Below are positions 36,418-45,981 of a DNA stretch of 64,000 nucleotides, one piece after another. The stretch's first letter is position 1. Each line of letters begins with the position of its first letter. The notes beneath the pieces are model-generated. The model was not told the origin of the DNA. It ran no database searches and saw only the letters and a program-made list of their open reading frames with translations. Made by a program: the position numbers and the translations under genes. Origin of the DNA: Candidatus Azobacteroides sp. (GTDB lineage: Bacteria > Bacteroidota > Bacteroidia > Bacteroidales > WRGA01); contig WRGA01000123.1 of assembly GCA_009787405.1 (NCBI GenBank), positions 8,369-72,368 on the forward strand, read 5' to 3'.

Positions 36418-37584
36418 TTATTTTGCAATTTTCACTGTTTCCGTTTGACCTCCGGCGATTATTTTGGCGATGTAAATACCGTTAGCCAAGTTCGACAAAT
36501 CGATCGTCGACACATTTTGTCTCGAAATAAGAAGACGACCATTGACATCGTAAATTTGGGCTGTACCGACAACATTCAAATAAAGCGTATTGTTTGAATA
36601 ATAATAACTATCGGTAATCGACGGTATATTGATCCCTGTAGATTGTGATAAAAATTTAATATTATCAAGATAAAAATTCGAATTGTTATAACTAAAACCT
36701 AACGCCATATCAAATGTATTTAATGCTAATAACCCATCATCAGATAATAACTCGGATAAAGGAATTTCTTTCAACAACCATGTTCCGGTTGCATCATTCA
36801 AAATCAAATTATTAACAGAGACAGGGGGGTCAACAGTTGTCGAGAATGAAGTGCCTTCTGGCCCGATGTAACAATTAACACGCTTATATTGATTTTGATC
36901 ACCGAAACCCGGCATAAAATAAATATTAAACGTTATTTTTTCGATATCAGCCAATGTTTTTCCATCCGGCAATTCAACTGTAAATCTAGGATAAGCATTA
37001 TAATTCGTTACAATGACGTGCAGGGATTTTTCGCTGGCCCCAGTCGGATCAGGTTCAACAGTTGCCACAACATCGTTATTAGCCCATCTATACGCACTCG
37101 GATACGCATCATCAATCTCATCCCCCTCAAAATCAAGAGATGTCGATGGAACCAACGGAATAACAGCCGCACTTACGACTATACTGACAAGGGTTGCTCC
37201 GTTATATACATTAATGGTGATGCCACTTTGACTATACTGGTCAACATAATATACTCCGTTTTCTTTCGCATAATCCTTAAAATCGGCAATCGTAAATTCA
37301 TAAACATTCTCTGCTCCTTCCGATGAAGCGGCTTTGCAAACAAAATCATAAGGTGCCGCATTACTTCCGGAATAATTAATCGGCTTGATTGTTCCTATAC
37401 CCCAACCCGGAGCGACACTGGAATTAGCGTTACTGACACTCAACGTAACGGTTACCTTTTGGTTATCTGCATAATTTTCGAAGTCGCTCAATTGAACATT
37501 GCCATATTGATCAAAAGGAATATCTGCTGCAAAAACACCTGCACTCAAAAATATGGCACATACGACAAGTAATGTCTTTTTCAT
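36418..37584 (-). CDS. Secreted protein with one CBM-like module and a T9SS C-terminal sorting domain
   Basis: 388 aa with a signal peptide. The module LDFEGDE..HVIVTNYNAYPRFTVELPDGKTLADIEKITF..NFYLDNIKF is paralogous to the modules of 37857..39080. The C-terminal domain (CTD) ends IYDVNGRLL..IDLSNLANGIYIAKIIAGGQTETVKIAK. Confidence 0.7.
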   Translation of the reverse strand: MKKTLLVVCAIFLSAGVFAADIPFDQYGNVQLSDFENYADNQKVTVTLSVSNANSSVAPGWGIGTIKPINYSGSNAAPYDFVCKAASSEGAENVYEFTIADFKDYAKENGVYYVDQYSQSGITINVYNGATLVSIVVSAAVIPLVPSTSLDFEGDEIDDAYPSAYRWANNDVVATVEPDPTGASEKSLHVIVTNYNAYPRFTVELPDGKTLADIEKITFNIYFMPGFGDQNQYKRVNCYIGPEGTSFSTTVDPPVSVNNLILNDATGTWLLKEIPLSELLSDDGLLALNTFDMALGFSYNNSNFYLDNIKFLSQSTGINIPSITDSYYYSNNTLYLNVVGTAQIYDVNGRLLISRQNVSTIDLSNLANGIYIAKIIAGGQTETVKIAK

Positions 37585-37714
37585 AATAATTAATTTTAAA
37601 AATGAATAATATAAATGACGGAAAGAAAAATAAATAATCTATAGCGAGATAAGTTACGAAATTCAACCGGCTTGGAACAAATAATGATTATACGTTATTT
37701 ATTATTCCGACCTG

Positions 37715-37859
37715 AACAAAGGTCGCAAAAACCGGTTTATTTTTTTAAACGCTGGATCGCAAAGACAGAAAGACGGGAAGTTTTAATTCTGTGCCTTTGT
37801 GTCTTTGCTTCTTCGCGGCTGAAAATAACAGACATTAAATGCTGTCTGTCATGTACTTA
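37715..37859 (+). repeat. Rep-135 copy D
   Basis: GGTCGCAAAAACCGGTTTATTTTTTTAAACGCTGGATCGCAAAGAC..GGGAAGTTTTAATTCTGTG..CTTCGCGGCTGAAAATAACAGACATTAAATGCTG..CATGTACTTA. The last 3 nt form the stop codon of the next gene. Confidence 0.8.
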
Positions 37860-39080
37860 TTTTGCAATTTTCACTGTTTCCGTTTGACCTCCGGCAATTA
37901 TTTTGGCAATGTAAATACCGTTAGTCAAATTCGTCAAATCTACCGTCGATACATTTTTGACCGCAACCAGTAATCGACCATTCGTATCATAAACATATAC
38001 TTCTTCGGCTTGTGCATTTCCTACGTAAAGGATGTTATCGGAAAAGTAACCGGTTTTGCCGACGGATATTTCCGGGACGCCTGTATTTTCTTTGGCTCTC
38101 AACGTCACGTTGTCCAGGTAATAATTTCCGGCTTCGTGAGACATTCCGAATGCCAACGTAACCGGATTGCCTGATGTTGCGCCTGCTAAGGAATACGTTT
38201 TGGTCACCCATGTATTCGCCGAACCTTGAGCCGGATAACCGGCATCAACATAAAATTGACTTCCGTCAATATAAATGTTCATTTGTTTGTATTCCTGTTG
38301 AACAGTATATAAATCAAACGAAAATTCATCATAATCGGCCAAGGTTTTCCCATCCGGAAGCGTTACCGCCAAACTCAAGAAAGCATCGTAATCCGTTGTT
38401 ACAATATGCGCACATTGTCCGTGCGTTCCGGCAGTCGATGGGTCGTCTACTACAGTCGCCGTTATCTTTCCGTCGCCGTTTTTTGAAATAACGGGAAGAC
38501 TTTCTCCAAGTGTGTAACCTTCAAAATCGAGGGTTAAATAGCGATCGGGGGAAATTACTTCTTCCAACCGGACATTGGTAATATAATAATTTCCGGCTTC
38601 GTGAGATATTCCAAGCGCTAATGTAAACGTGTTATCCGCTGTAGTAGTAGCACCTTCCAAGGAATATGATTTGGCATTCCATGTATTTGCCGAACCTTGA
38701 GAAGGATAACCGGCATCGACATAAAATTGTTTTCCGTCAATATAAATATTCATTTGTTTGTATTCTGTCGCAGAAGTATACATATCAAACTTTAATGCTC
38801 CGTAATCGGCAATGGTTTTTCCTGCCGGCAACGTTACATCCAACTGCCAAAAAGCATCGTAATCCGTTGTTACAATATGCGCACAATTTCCCTTTGTTCC
38901 GGCAGTCGATGGATCGGCTGCTACCGTTACCGTTATTTTACCATCGCCGTTTTTTGAGAAAACGGACAGGGCATCACCTATGTTTTTGCCGGCCAGGCCG
39001 TCAATCACCACTTCGGCAGCAGAAATGTTTGCTGTAAAGGCAAATGCTGCCATAAAAAAAATTGAGAATAGCTTTTTCAT
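37857..39080 (-). CDS. Secreted protein with two tandem CBM-like modules and a T9SS C-terminal sorting domain
   Basis: 407 aa. Residues ~21-178 and ~179-335 are clear duplicates (SKNGDGKIT.TV..DPSTAGT.G.CAHIVTTDYDAF..L.VTLP.GKT.ADY..F.FD.YT...EYKQMNIYIDG.QFYVDAGYP.QGSANTW). The CTD tail is identical to that of 36418..37584. Confidence 0.7.
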   Translation of the reverse strand: MKKLFSIFFMAAFAFTANISAAEVVIDGLAGKNIGDALSVFSKNGDGKITVTVAADPSTAGTKGNCAHIVTTDYDAFWQLDVTLPAGKTIADYGALKFDMYTSATEYKQMNIYIDGKQFYVDAGYPSQGSANTWNAKSYSLEGATTTADNTFTLALGISHEAGNYYITNVRLEEVISPDRYLTLDFEGYTLGESLPVISKNGDGKITATVVDDPSTAGTHGQCAHIVTTDYDAFLSLAVTLPDGKTLADYDEFSFDLYTVQQEYKQMNIYIDGSQFYVDAGYPAQGSANTWVTKTYSLAGATSGNPVTLAFGMSHEAGNYYLDNVTLRAKENTGVPEISVGKTGYFSDNILYVGNAQAEEVYVYDTNGRLLVAVKNVSTVDLTNLTNGIYIAKIIAGGQTETVKIAK

Positions 39081-39113
39081 AAAGATTAATTTTTAAAAAG
39101 TGAATACTTGTTT

Positions 39114-39386
39114 TTACTTGATTATTTTAATCGTTTTTATTTCGTTTCCGGCGATAATTTTGGCAATATAAACTCCCGGATAAATGTTTGATAAATCAAT
39201 TGACGAAATCTGTTGTTTTTTCAGGAACAGATGACCGTTAATGCCATAGATTTCGATGGTGACGGGGCATGCCGAATAAAGTGTATTCCCGGAAAAACAA
39301 ACATTATCCGCATCAAAAGATGTGATCGAAACCGTCGGGCCTTGATTTGTTTTTGCGACAAGCGTAATATTGTCTAAATAATAAAT
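39114..39386 (-). pseudogene. 5'-truncated remnant of a T9SS-tailed paralogue (only the ...YYLDNITL module end plus CTD remain)
   Basis: Hand translation of the minus strand gives ..YYLDNITLVAKTNQGPTVSITSFDADNVCFSGNTLYSACPVTIEIYGINGHLFLKKQQISSIDLSNIYPGVYIAKIIAGNEIKTIKIIK*. Homology ends exactly where MITE-90 copy 2 begins. There is no start codon. Confidence 0.7.
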
Positions 39387-39391
39387 TACAT

Positions 39392-39479
39392 GATAGTGTA
39401 TGAATTGACTGATTTAAGAGATAAATTCACTTACAACCAACGTTTTATGATAATCCATCAACTCATTTATGATATTACC
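39392..39479. mobile_element. MITE-90 copy 2, abutting the truncated paralogue
   Basis: gatagtgtatgaattgactgatttaagagataaa..catttatgatattacc aligns along its length with 19494-19581. Confidence 0.65.
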
Positions 39480-39670
39480 TTCGAACAAGTGTCGTCATGA
39501 ATAATAAGAAAATGAATCTTATTTTTCCATAATGGATAGGCTTATAAAAGTTATATAAAGGTAAAGTAATAAGCTCAAATACAGTGGTTTATTTGTAACA
39601 ATTGTTTTGTTTGCGGTAACATGTCTATTCCGGCAGAATCTATTTCTCTATGCCGGGTTACATCGCTCAC

Positions 39671-39743
39671 CCGTAAAAGTTGTGGAGTTAAAAAGTGCAT
39701 AGCGTTTATGCGTTTTCAACCTCACACTCATAACTTTTACAGG
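39671..39743. repeat. GTAAAAGTTGTG-base hairpin, copy 1
   Basis: ccgtaaaagttgtggagttaaaaa .. ttttcaacctcacactcataacttttacagg. The base of the stem is shared with 59335-59395, and the apical part differs but stays complementary. Confidence 0.6.
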
Positions 39744-39857
39744 TGATCTGCTTTCAATCTTAACCTCGAAAACGGGCAGGTTCCGGCAACTGTAGATTGT
39801 ATCTACGGTAAATAAAGACAAATAAACGAGGCCGGCCCGGTGACATCCGAAACTCGT

Positions 39858-40235
39858 CTACTTGTTTACTTTCACATAATAAATCTGTTCGTTTGTGGTT
39901 ATTTTTACCAAATAAACGCCGGTTTTTAATCCGGAAATATCCAAAGAGGAAGAAATATTATTCCGGGAGAGCAGCAAATTCCCGCCGGCATCGAAAACAG
40001 ATATATTGTCTGCGGATGTATTTCCCATGTACAGCACGCTGTCGGAATAATAAAAGTTGTTGTCCGCCCGGAATGCCGATTTCCCGGAAATATCCGGTAT
40101 TCTTTTTAATCTAATGTTGTCGAGATAGAAAAATCCGTTCCCGGTGTTAAATTCCAAATAAAGATCAAAAACGGTTGAAAAATGATACCGGATTTTTCTA
40201 CCAATATAACGTCCCTGCAGGCCGGAAAACAACAT
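39858..40235 (-). pseudogene. 5'-truncated remnant of a T9SS-tailed paralogue
   Basis: Only ..DLYLEFNTGNGFFYLDNIRLKRIP.. plus the CTD (VFDAGGNLLL..LDISGLKTGVYLVKITTNEQIYYVKVNK) is paralogue-like. The N-terminal 15-20 codons of the ORF are read from a CTACCAATAT/GTCCC repeat unit (40198-40228). Confidence 0.65.
40198..40228. repeat. Solo CTACCAATAT-GTCCC unit at the truncation point of the pseudogene
   Basis: The sequence reads ctaccaatataacgtccctgcaggccggaaa. Confidence 0.65.
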
Positions 40236-40359
40236 TTTTTAGATTGTAATTTTCAAAAAAAACGATTAATAAAAATAATATTAAAAAAAGCTTGCGAAAT
40301 GATTTCCGCAAGCTTTACACACAAAACACACAAAATACAGGATAAATTTTTACGACAGT

Positions 40360-41976
40360 TTATTTTACAACGATTTTGTACCCTTTACCGGCTACATTCA
40401 GCAAATACAATCCCGGCGTCAATTTGCCGGAAATAAACTCATTTTTGACCGAAACGGCCGATTCTACAATTTCTCCGTTCAAATGGTATAGGTATACATT
40501 ATTTATATCGTTTTCGGCTGTTATTTTTATTTGCCCGGTTTGAGAATAAATTTTGATGCCGGTTATTTCCGTATCTTGCACTCCGGTGATTGATGCGTCC
40601 AAATCTTTCAACGATAAATCACTGATGGCGATATTCATCGGAGCATTCCATGAACCGGTTCTGATAATAAAATTATAGGCTCCGCTTTCCGTCGGAACGA
40701 AAACGCAAAGGCTTCCCGTATGCAATTTCCCTTTTATGGCTTGATTTTTAAACGGGCCGTTATACGCTTTGGGGCTTCCGGCGCCATTGTCTCCCCACGA
40801 CGTTAATTCGCCGATCGTCAAAATGCCGCTTCCCTGCACCGCTTCCTGCGCTATCGCCAAATCGTGAGCGTCAGACGGTTCTTCTTTTGTAATAAACACT
40901 TGCAGCCACATGCCTTCTGCCGCTCCCGACAAATCTTTGAACAAACAATTGAACTCATACCGGTGTCCGGCCGTCAATATCACCGGTTGATATATGGCTA
41001 TGCCCGACGATGCATTCGATATATAATTTGTTTGGATACGCAGCGCATCTCCGATCGAACCGGCCGGTTTATCCGCTGTATAATCCCAGGTCAAAACAGC
41101 CGGAGTCGAATATCCCAATGTCGAAACGCTCCAAATGCCCCGGGTCAACGGAAGTCCGTTTATCAACAATTCGTCCGTCGAAGGATTCTGACCGTCATAA
41201 ATTTTAATGGTCGATGAGGCGACATCGGTCGCATTTTCATCGTTCCGGACTGTCAATGTAACAGTATACGTTCCCGCCGAAGTATAAACATGAACCGGAT
41301 TTTCAACCGTGCTTGTTTCTTCGTCTCCGAAATCCCAGGAATAAGAGGTTGCATTCAGAGAGGTATTGGTGAAAGTGATCGGTTCATTCACCAATCCGCT
41401 TGTTACCGCATTGAAACTTGCCGAAAGATCGGAACCTATATAACTGAAAGTAGCCGTTTGAATGTTCCGATAATCATTGTTCACTTTCAATTGAACTTCC
41501 AATTTGTAAACTCCGGTATTTTCCGCGGCTAACGCCAAAAGATCTACATTTTCGCCGGAAACCTGATACCTTTTATCTTGTCCCGAAGCTCCGATCAACA
41601 CATTTACCGGAAAAGAACTCCAGGCAGGAGCCGTACTTCCCTGTTTATACACACGATATTGGAGCGTATACGTATTATCTCCGTAACTTCCTCCCCAACT
41701 GATCATGGCACCTCCATCCAAAATTAATGAAGCCGGCGTCCCGAAATCCATGTTATTGAAATAAGTCAACCCGCCGTTTCCATCATTCAGAATGGAATAA
41801 TTCACATCACTCCCGTTACACAAGGGATTTTCCCACCAATTTTCGGTATTGATTTTGTACAAAACCGCAGCGCCTCCGTCTTTGATTATGGATACCGTGT
41901 GAGGTCCGTCGCCGTCGGCAAAAGCAAAAGATACTGTTGCGAATAAGGCAAATACAGATAAAATTATTTTTTTCAT
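40360..41976 (-). CDS. Secreted PKD-domain protein with a T9SS C-terminal sorting domain
   Basis: 538 aa with a signal peptide, a PKD motif (YSWDFGDEETSTVENPVHVYTSAGTYTVTLTV) and a CTD (VYLYHLNGEIV..GKLTPGLYLLNVAGKGYKIVVK). Confidence 0.75.
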   Translation of the reverse strand: MKKIILSVFALFATVSFAFADGDGPHTVSIIKDGGAAVLYKINTENWWENPLCNGSDVNYSILNDGNGGLTYFNNMDFGTPASLILDGGAMISWGGSYGDNTYTLQYRVYKQGSTAPAWSSFPVNVLIGASGQDKRYQVSGENVDLLALAAENTGVYKLEVQLKVNNDYRNIQTATFSYIGSDLSASFNAVTSGLVNEPITFTNTSLNATSYSWDFGDEETSTVENPVHVYTSAGTYTVTLTVRNDENATDVASSTIKIYDGQNPSTDELLINGLPLTRGIWSVSTLGYSTPAVLTWDYTADKPAGSIGDALRIQTNYISNASSGIAIYQPVILTAGHRYEFNCLFKDLSGAAEGMWLQVFITKEEPSDAHDLAIAQEAVQGSGILTIGELTSWGDNGAGSPKAYNGPFKNQAIKGKLHTGSLCVFVPTESGAYNFIIRTGSWNAPMNIAISDLSLKDLDASITGVQDTEITGIKIYSQTGQIKITAENDINNVYLYHLNGEIVESAVSVKNEFISGKLTPGLYLLNVAGKGYKIVVK

Positions 41977-41984
41977 GTGTTTAT

Positions 41985-43550
41985 TTATTTAACGATTACT
42001 TTATACACTTTTTCATTGATTTTCACCAAATAAATTCCTGCGGACAACCCGCCGATATTCCATGTGTCTTGCGCCGAGGTTTGGATTACCGATTTCCCTT
42101 GAATCGTGAAAACGGAAACCGAGGCAAAACCTTCGAAAACGGCAGAGATGGAGGAATTGCCGCCGACAACAAGTACAGGATCGGATAAAATCCGTTGAAG
42201 ATTGACGGTCGAATTGGCAGTTGATAATGATACATTACTGATAGCCAAATCCATATCACCTTTATCATTATTATCGGCACTATACCCCCAAGTCCCGATA
42301 TCCAGAATTAAATAATACATTCCTGACGTCGCAGGGGTAAACGTGCATGGATCTCCGGAATAGCCGGTTCCCGCTATGGCAAGGCTTGAAAATTCGCCAT
42401 TTATACCCGTGGGGGAATGTCCGGATGTCCAGGTAGACAATATTCCGATTTCCTCATGATTGTCCTCTCCCTCCAAATTAGTCAGATCCCCGGGTTGTTC
42501 CGTATTACTGATATATACCCGTATCCATGTATTTCGTGCATAATCCAGATCTTTTACCAGACATTCGAAATTATATTCTTTTCCCGCTTCCAGATATACC
42601 GGCTGATACAATGCCATGCCGTAATCTTTGCTGTTTGTGCTGAGCGCTGATATTTCAAATGTTACAGCATCCGTCCATTCATAATCATCGGGCGCTTCTC
42701 TTCCCAATGCGGCAACAAACCAATTGCTGTTCACGACTTTCTCCGTAGGGGAAGTAGAACCCTGAACAATTTCAATGATCTCCGTGTAAGCTACAAGAGG
42801 ATTGTCATCTGCCGTTAAAGTAACGGTATAAGTTCCCGGATCGGCAAATGTATACTCAGGATCCACCTCTGTGCTTTCCCCTGTTCCATCACCAAAATCC
42901 CATGAATAAGTTGTCGTATTCCGGGAAGTATTCCGGAAATTCAACGGTACTCCGGCAAGCCCGACCGTGAAAACATCGAAACTTGCAACCGGAAGGTTAT
43001 CGAGAACCGTAAAAGTTGCTGTTTGAGTACCATACGTATTTACATAGCTTTCTGTATTGTTATTCCAATAATCTTTCCTTAACAGCCTGACTTCAAACCG
43101 ATACGTTCCGGGTCCGGATGCAGCCATGGCTAAAATATCAATACTCTTTCCGTTTGCATCCCATTTTTGGTCATTTCCATTCTGAGCAGCCGGGAAATCT
43201 AAGGGTAGAGATGTCCAACCGGTAGCCGTACCGGAAGCCAAATACACCCGGTACTCGATCACAAACGAATCATTCAAGAAATTATTACCACCGTCAGCCC
43301 AACCAATGGCAACTCCTCCATCCAATATTAAAGAAGTCAATGTTCCAAAATTCTTTTCGCTAAACTGAGTATTCGAGTTAAACGTAGCCAACGGATTTCC
43401 ATTCCAAGATTCAGTATTTATTTTGTAAAGATATGCAGTTGCTCCATTTTCTATGACAGAGACAGCAGCAGGCCCCTGACCGGAACCGGCATAAACTAAA
43501 GTTGTTAATGAAAACAACATCAATCCAAAAAATAAAGTTAATTTTTTCAT
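41985..43550 (-). CDS. Secreted PKD-domain protein with a T9SS CTD (paralogue of 40360..41976)
   Basis: 521 aa with the same architecture, including PKD (YSWDFGDGTGESTEVDPEYTFADPGTYTVTLT) and a CTD ending GIYLVKINEKVYKVIVK. It lies 8 nt upstream of its paralogue. Confidence 0.75.
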   Translation of the reverse strand: MKKLTLFFGLMLFSLTTLVYAGSGQGPAAVSVIENGATAYLYKINTESWNGNPLATFNSNTQFSEKNFGTLTSLILDGGVAIGWADGGNNFLNDSFVIEYRVYLASGTATGWTSLPLDFPAAQNGNDQKWDANGKSIDILAMAASGPGTYRFEVRLLRKDYWNNNTESYVNTYGTQTATFTVLDNLPVASFDVFTVGLAGVPLNFRNTSRNTTTYSWDFGDGTGESTEVDPEYTFADPGTYTVTLTADDNPLVAYTEIIEIVQGSTSPTEKVVNSNWFVAALGREAPDDYEWTDAVTFEISALSTNSKDYGMALYQPVYLEAGKEYNFECLVKDLDYARNTWIRVYISNTEQPGDLTNLEGEDNHEEIGILSTWTSGHSPTGINGEFSSLAIAGTGYSGDPCTFTPATSGMYYLILDIGTWGYSADNNDKGDMDLAISNVSLSTANSTVNLQRILSDPVLVVGGNSSISAVFEGFASVSVFTIQGKSVIQTSAQDTWNIGGLSAGIYLVKINEKVYKVIVK

Positions 43551-43583
43551 GACAATAAATTTTAAAATTAATACTATTGATCA

Positions 43584-45968
43584 TTATTTGATTTTTATGA
43601 AATTAAGTTTTTCAATCACCGGTAAATCCGGATTACTCAGTTCCATAATGTAATAAGCCGGCGGCAACAAAGATATATCCACCGCACTATTGCCTTCCCG
43701 GAGGTTCACGGTTTGCCGGATTCGTCCGTCGAGACCGATTATTTTGCAAACGTAAAGATGTTCCGGGTGCAATCCTTTGACATAGATTACGCCGGAGGAT
43801 GGATTCGGATAAATCGTAAGCGTTCCTTTACCGTCCATTTCAGGCATATAGGTATAGGTAGCGCCTTCCGCAATTCTGAAAAGCCATTTCTGATTGTCGC
43901 CGTCGACATATTCCCACAGATGAACATTCGCACCGTTATCCCGTGATGGCCCCTCAACATCCAATGCTTTCGAACTGTAGGTGTTGATTATTTTATAGAC
44001 CTCTTCGCTTCCGATGCTGTACAGATAAGTTAATTCCCATTCTTGCGTGTTATTCCCGGTAAACGGTTGCTGCACGACACCGGCTCCGTTGTTTGTCCCT
44101 GTCGCCGTCAAATAATACCGGTTGGCAAAATTCGATTGAATATAATAAAAATCTCCTCCGGCGGATTCAAACAGCCATTGTTGATTATCGCCTCCCGATC
44201 CTTCCAATTCCCATTGCTGGACGGAAGCTCCCGGATTTTGATTTTTATCTTTTACGTCCAACGCCTTATTGCTGTAAACGGAAATCAGATTATAAACAAG
44301 AGGAAAGGGATTGGAGCCTTCTTTTACGGTCACCGTGCAGGTTGCCGTTTTTTGCTCGTTTACGGTCGTACAGGTAATGATCGCCATACCCGGGCGGCGC
44401 CCTCTGACTAACCCGTCAGTACTTACCGTTGCCACGGATTCGTTGTTCGAAGACCACCTCACCGTTTTCAGAGATGCATTTCCGGGCAATACGGTTTCAT
44501 GAAGTTGCAAAGTTTCTCCGGCGCTGATTTCACCGGATTGAGGCGATACGCTGACACTTTCAACTTGAACCGTTATTTCAACCGGTTTCCAGATTAAAGA
44601 TGCTGCCGTATTTCCGGCCAGCGAATAAGAGCAAGCGCTTCCGTTATAAACAACATCAAAGTTTTTTTGTTGCCCGCCTCTGTTATAAACGACCAAAGCG
44701 GTGGATCCGTCGGGATTGGAGAATGCGACTTCCAACAAATCGCCGTCGCCGGAAGTGGATTTGATCCTTACCGCTCCGCTTTTTGCCGCTTTCGACATTT
44801 GCGCAGCCGTATAGAAAGTCGCCTGATAAGTGATTGCTTTAGAGTTGCTGTTGATGGTCAGCGCCCCCTTGCAAAGATTACAGCCTCCGTTATCGGTGTG
44901 AGGCTGCCAATTCTGGTCGGATGCCACATTCCATGCATAAGCCGTTTTGGCATAGTTTTTTACGGATCTGATTTGAACATTTTCCATGTGATACCTGAAA
45001 TCCGAGTCAAACGGATCGTTTCCGCCTGTCCATTGTTCCGTAAAATAAACGCTCTTTCCGGTGGCGTTGTAAACAGTGGTCATTGCATCAATGGAACCTC
45101 CGTACAAGTGAAATGCCGAGCCGTCGATGTATTGACTTCTCGCCACATAAATCGGATAATCCGTATTATCGCAGTTATGGTCGTACCCGATAATCTTGAC
45201 CTCCTTAAATTTACTTGCTCTGATTTTGGGGCCTAAATGATTTTCGACAAAATCGTACTGTTCTTCCTTTGACATATACATGCTCGGATTGTTTCCGTCA
45301 TGCAACGGTTCGTTTTGGACTGTTACGGCATATATTTTGATGCCTTGATCTTCCATGGCTTGAAAATAGTTCAGAAAATAATCGGCATAAGCTGCATAAC
45401 AATCCGTTCTCAATTTACCGCCGATGAAATGATCGTTGTTTTTCATCCAGGGGGGAGCTGTCCATGGCGAAGCCATAAGTTTAATATCGGGATTAATCGC
45501 CACGACTTCTTTCAATACCGGAATCAGGTAATCCAAATCAGGGCCGGCCAAACTAAACGGCTTGTTTCGGTCGTCCTGATAGGTATAGACTCCCTGTCCC
45601 AAATCGGAAGCGCCCAACGCAATACGCATGGACGCGCTGCCGATATACTTGTCATTATCTTCCAAAGAAAAGAGTTCTTTCAAGATTGCCGTCCGGGCAG
45701 CTTGCGACAATTGCATCAGCCAATACGCACTGCCTTGCGTCATCGTCCAACCGAAACCGTCGATGGTTTGATAAGTTACGGCATCGTCAATCGTGATTTT
45801 TGTGCCGTTACTGCCGGAGCCGGCGATAAAATCAACATCATTCTGTCGTTGCAACAATTTGCTCCGGTTCGCTGAAGTTTGCCATGACTGTACCGTTGTT
45901 TGGGACACCATCTGCTGCAAAAAAAAGGAACAAAGACCGAATAGGGTGAATAATAGTTTTTTTCTCAT
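43584..45968 (-). CDS. Glycoside hydrolase family 30 with Big_2-like, two ricin-type lectin repeats and a T9SS CTD
   Basis: 794 aa. GH30 blocks: IDGFGWTMTQGSA, MASPWTAPPWMK and VTVQNEP. An Ig-like segment (VSVSPQSGEISAGETLQL..) follows. QxW lectin motifs are present (VQQWEL, NQQWLF, TQEWEL, NQKWLF). The CTD contains YPNPSSGVIYV. Confidence 0.85.
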   Translation of the reverse strand: MRKKLLFTLFGLCSFFLQQMVSQTTVQSWQTSANRSKLLQRQNDVDFIAGSGSNGTKITIDDAVTYQTIDGFGWTMTQGSAYWLMQLSQAARTAILKELFSLEDNDKYIGSASMRIALGASDLGQGVYTYQDDRNKPFSLAGPDLDYLIPVLKEVVAINPDIKLMASPWTAPPWMKNNDHFIGGKLRTDCYAAYADYFLNYFQAMEDQGIKIYAVTVQNEPLHDGNNPSMYMSKEEQYDFVENHLGPKIRASKFKEVKIIGYDHNCDNTDYPIYVARSQYIDGSAFHLYGGSIDAMTTVYNATGKSVYFTEQWTGGNDPFDSDFRYHMENVQIRSVKNYAKTAYAWNVASDQNWQPHTDNGGCNLCKGALTINSNSKAITYQATFYTAAQMSKAAKSGAVRIKSTSGDGDLLEVAFSNPDGSTALVVYNRGGQQKNFDVVYNGSACSYSLAGNTAASLIWKPVEITVQVESVSVSPQSGEISAGETLQLHETVLPGNASLKTVRWSSNNESVATVSTDGLVRGRRPGMAIITCTTVNEQKTATCTVTVKEGSNPFPLVYNLISVYSNKALDVKDKNQNPGASVQQWELEGSGGDNQQWLFESAGGDFYYIQSNFANRYYLTATGTNNGAGVVQQPFTGNNTQEWELTYLYSIGSEEVYKIINTYSSKALDVEGPSRDNGANVHLWEYVDGDNQKWLFRIAEGATYTYMPEMDGKGTLTIYPNPSSGVIYVKGLHPEHLYVCKIIGLDGRIRQTVNLREGNSAVDISLLPPAYYIMELSNPDLPVIEKLNFIKIK

Positions 45969-45981
45969 TGCTTTTTTATTT

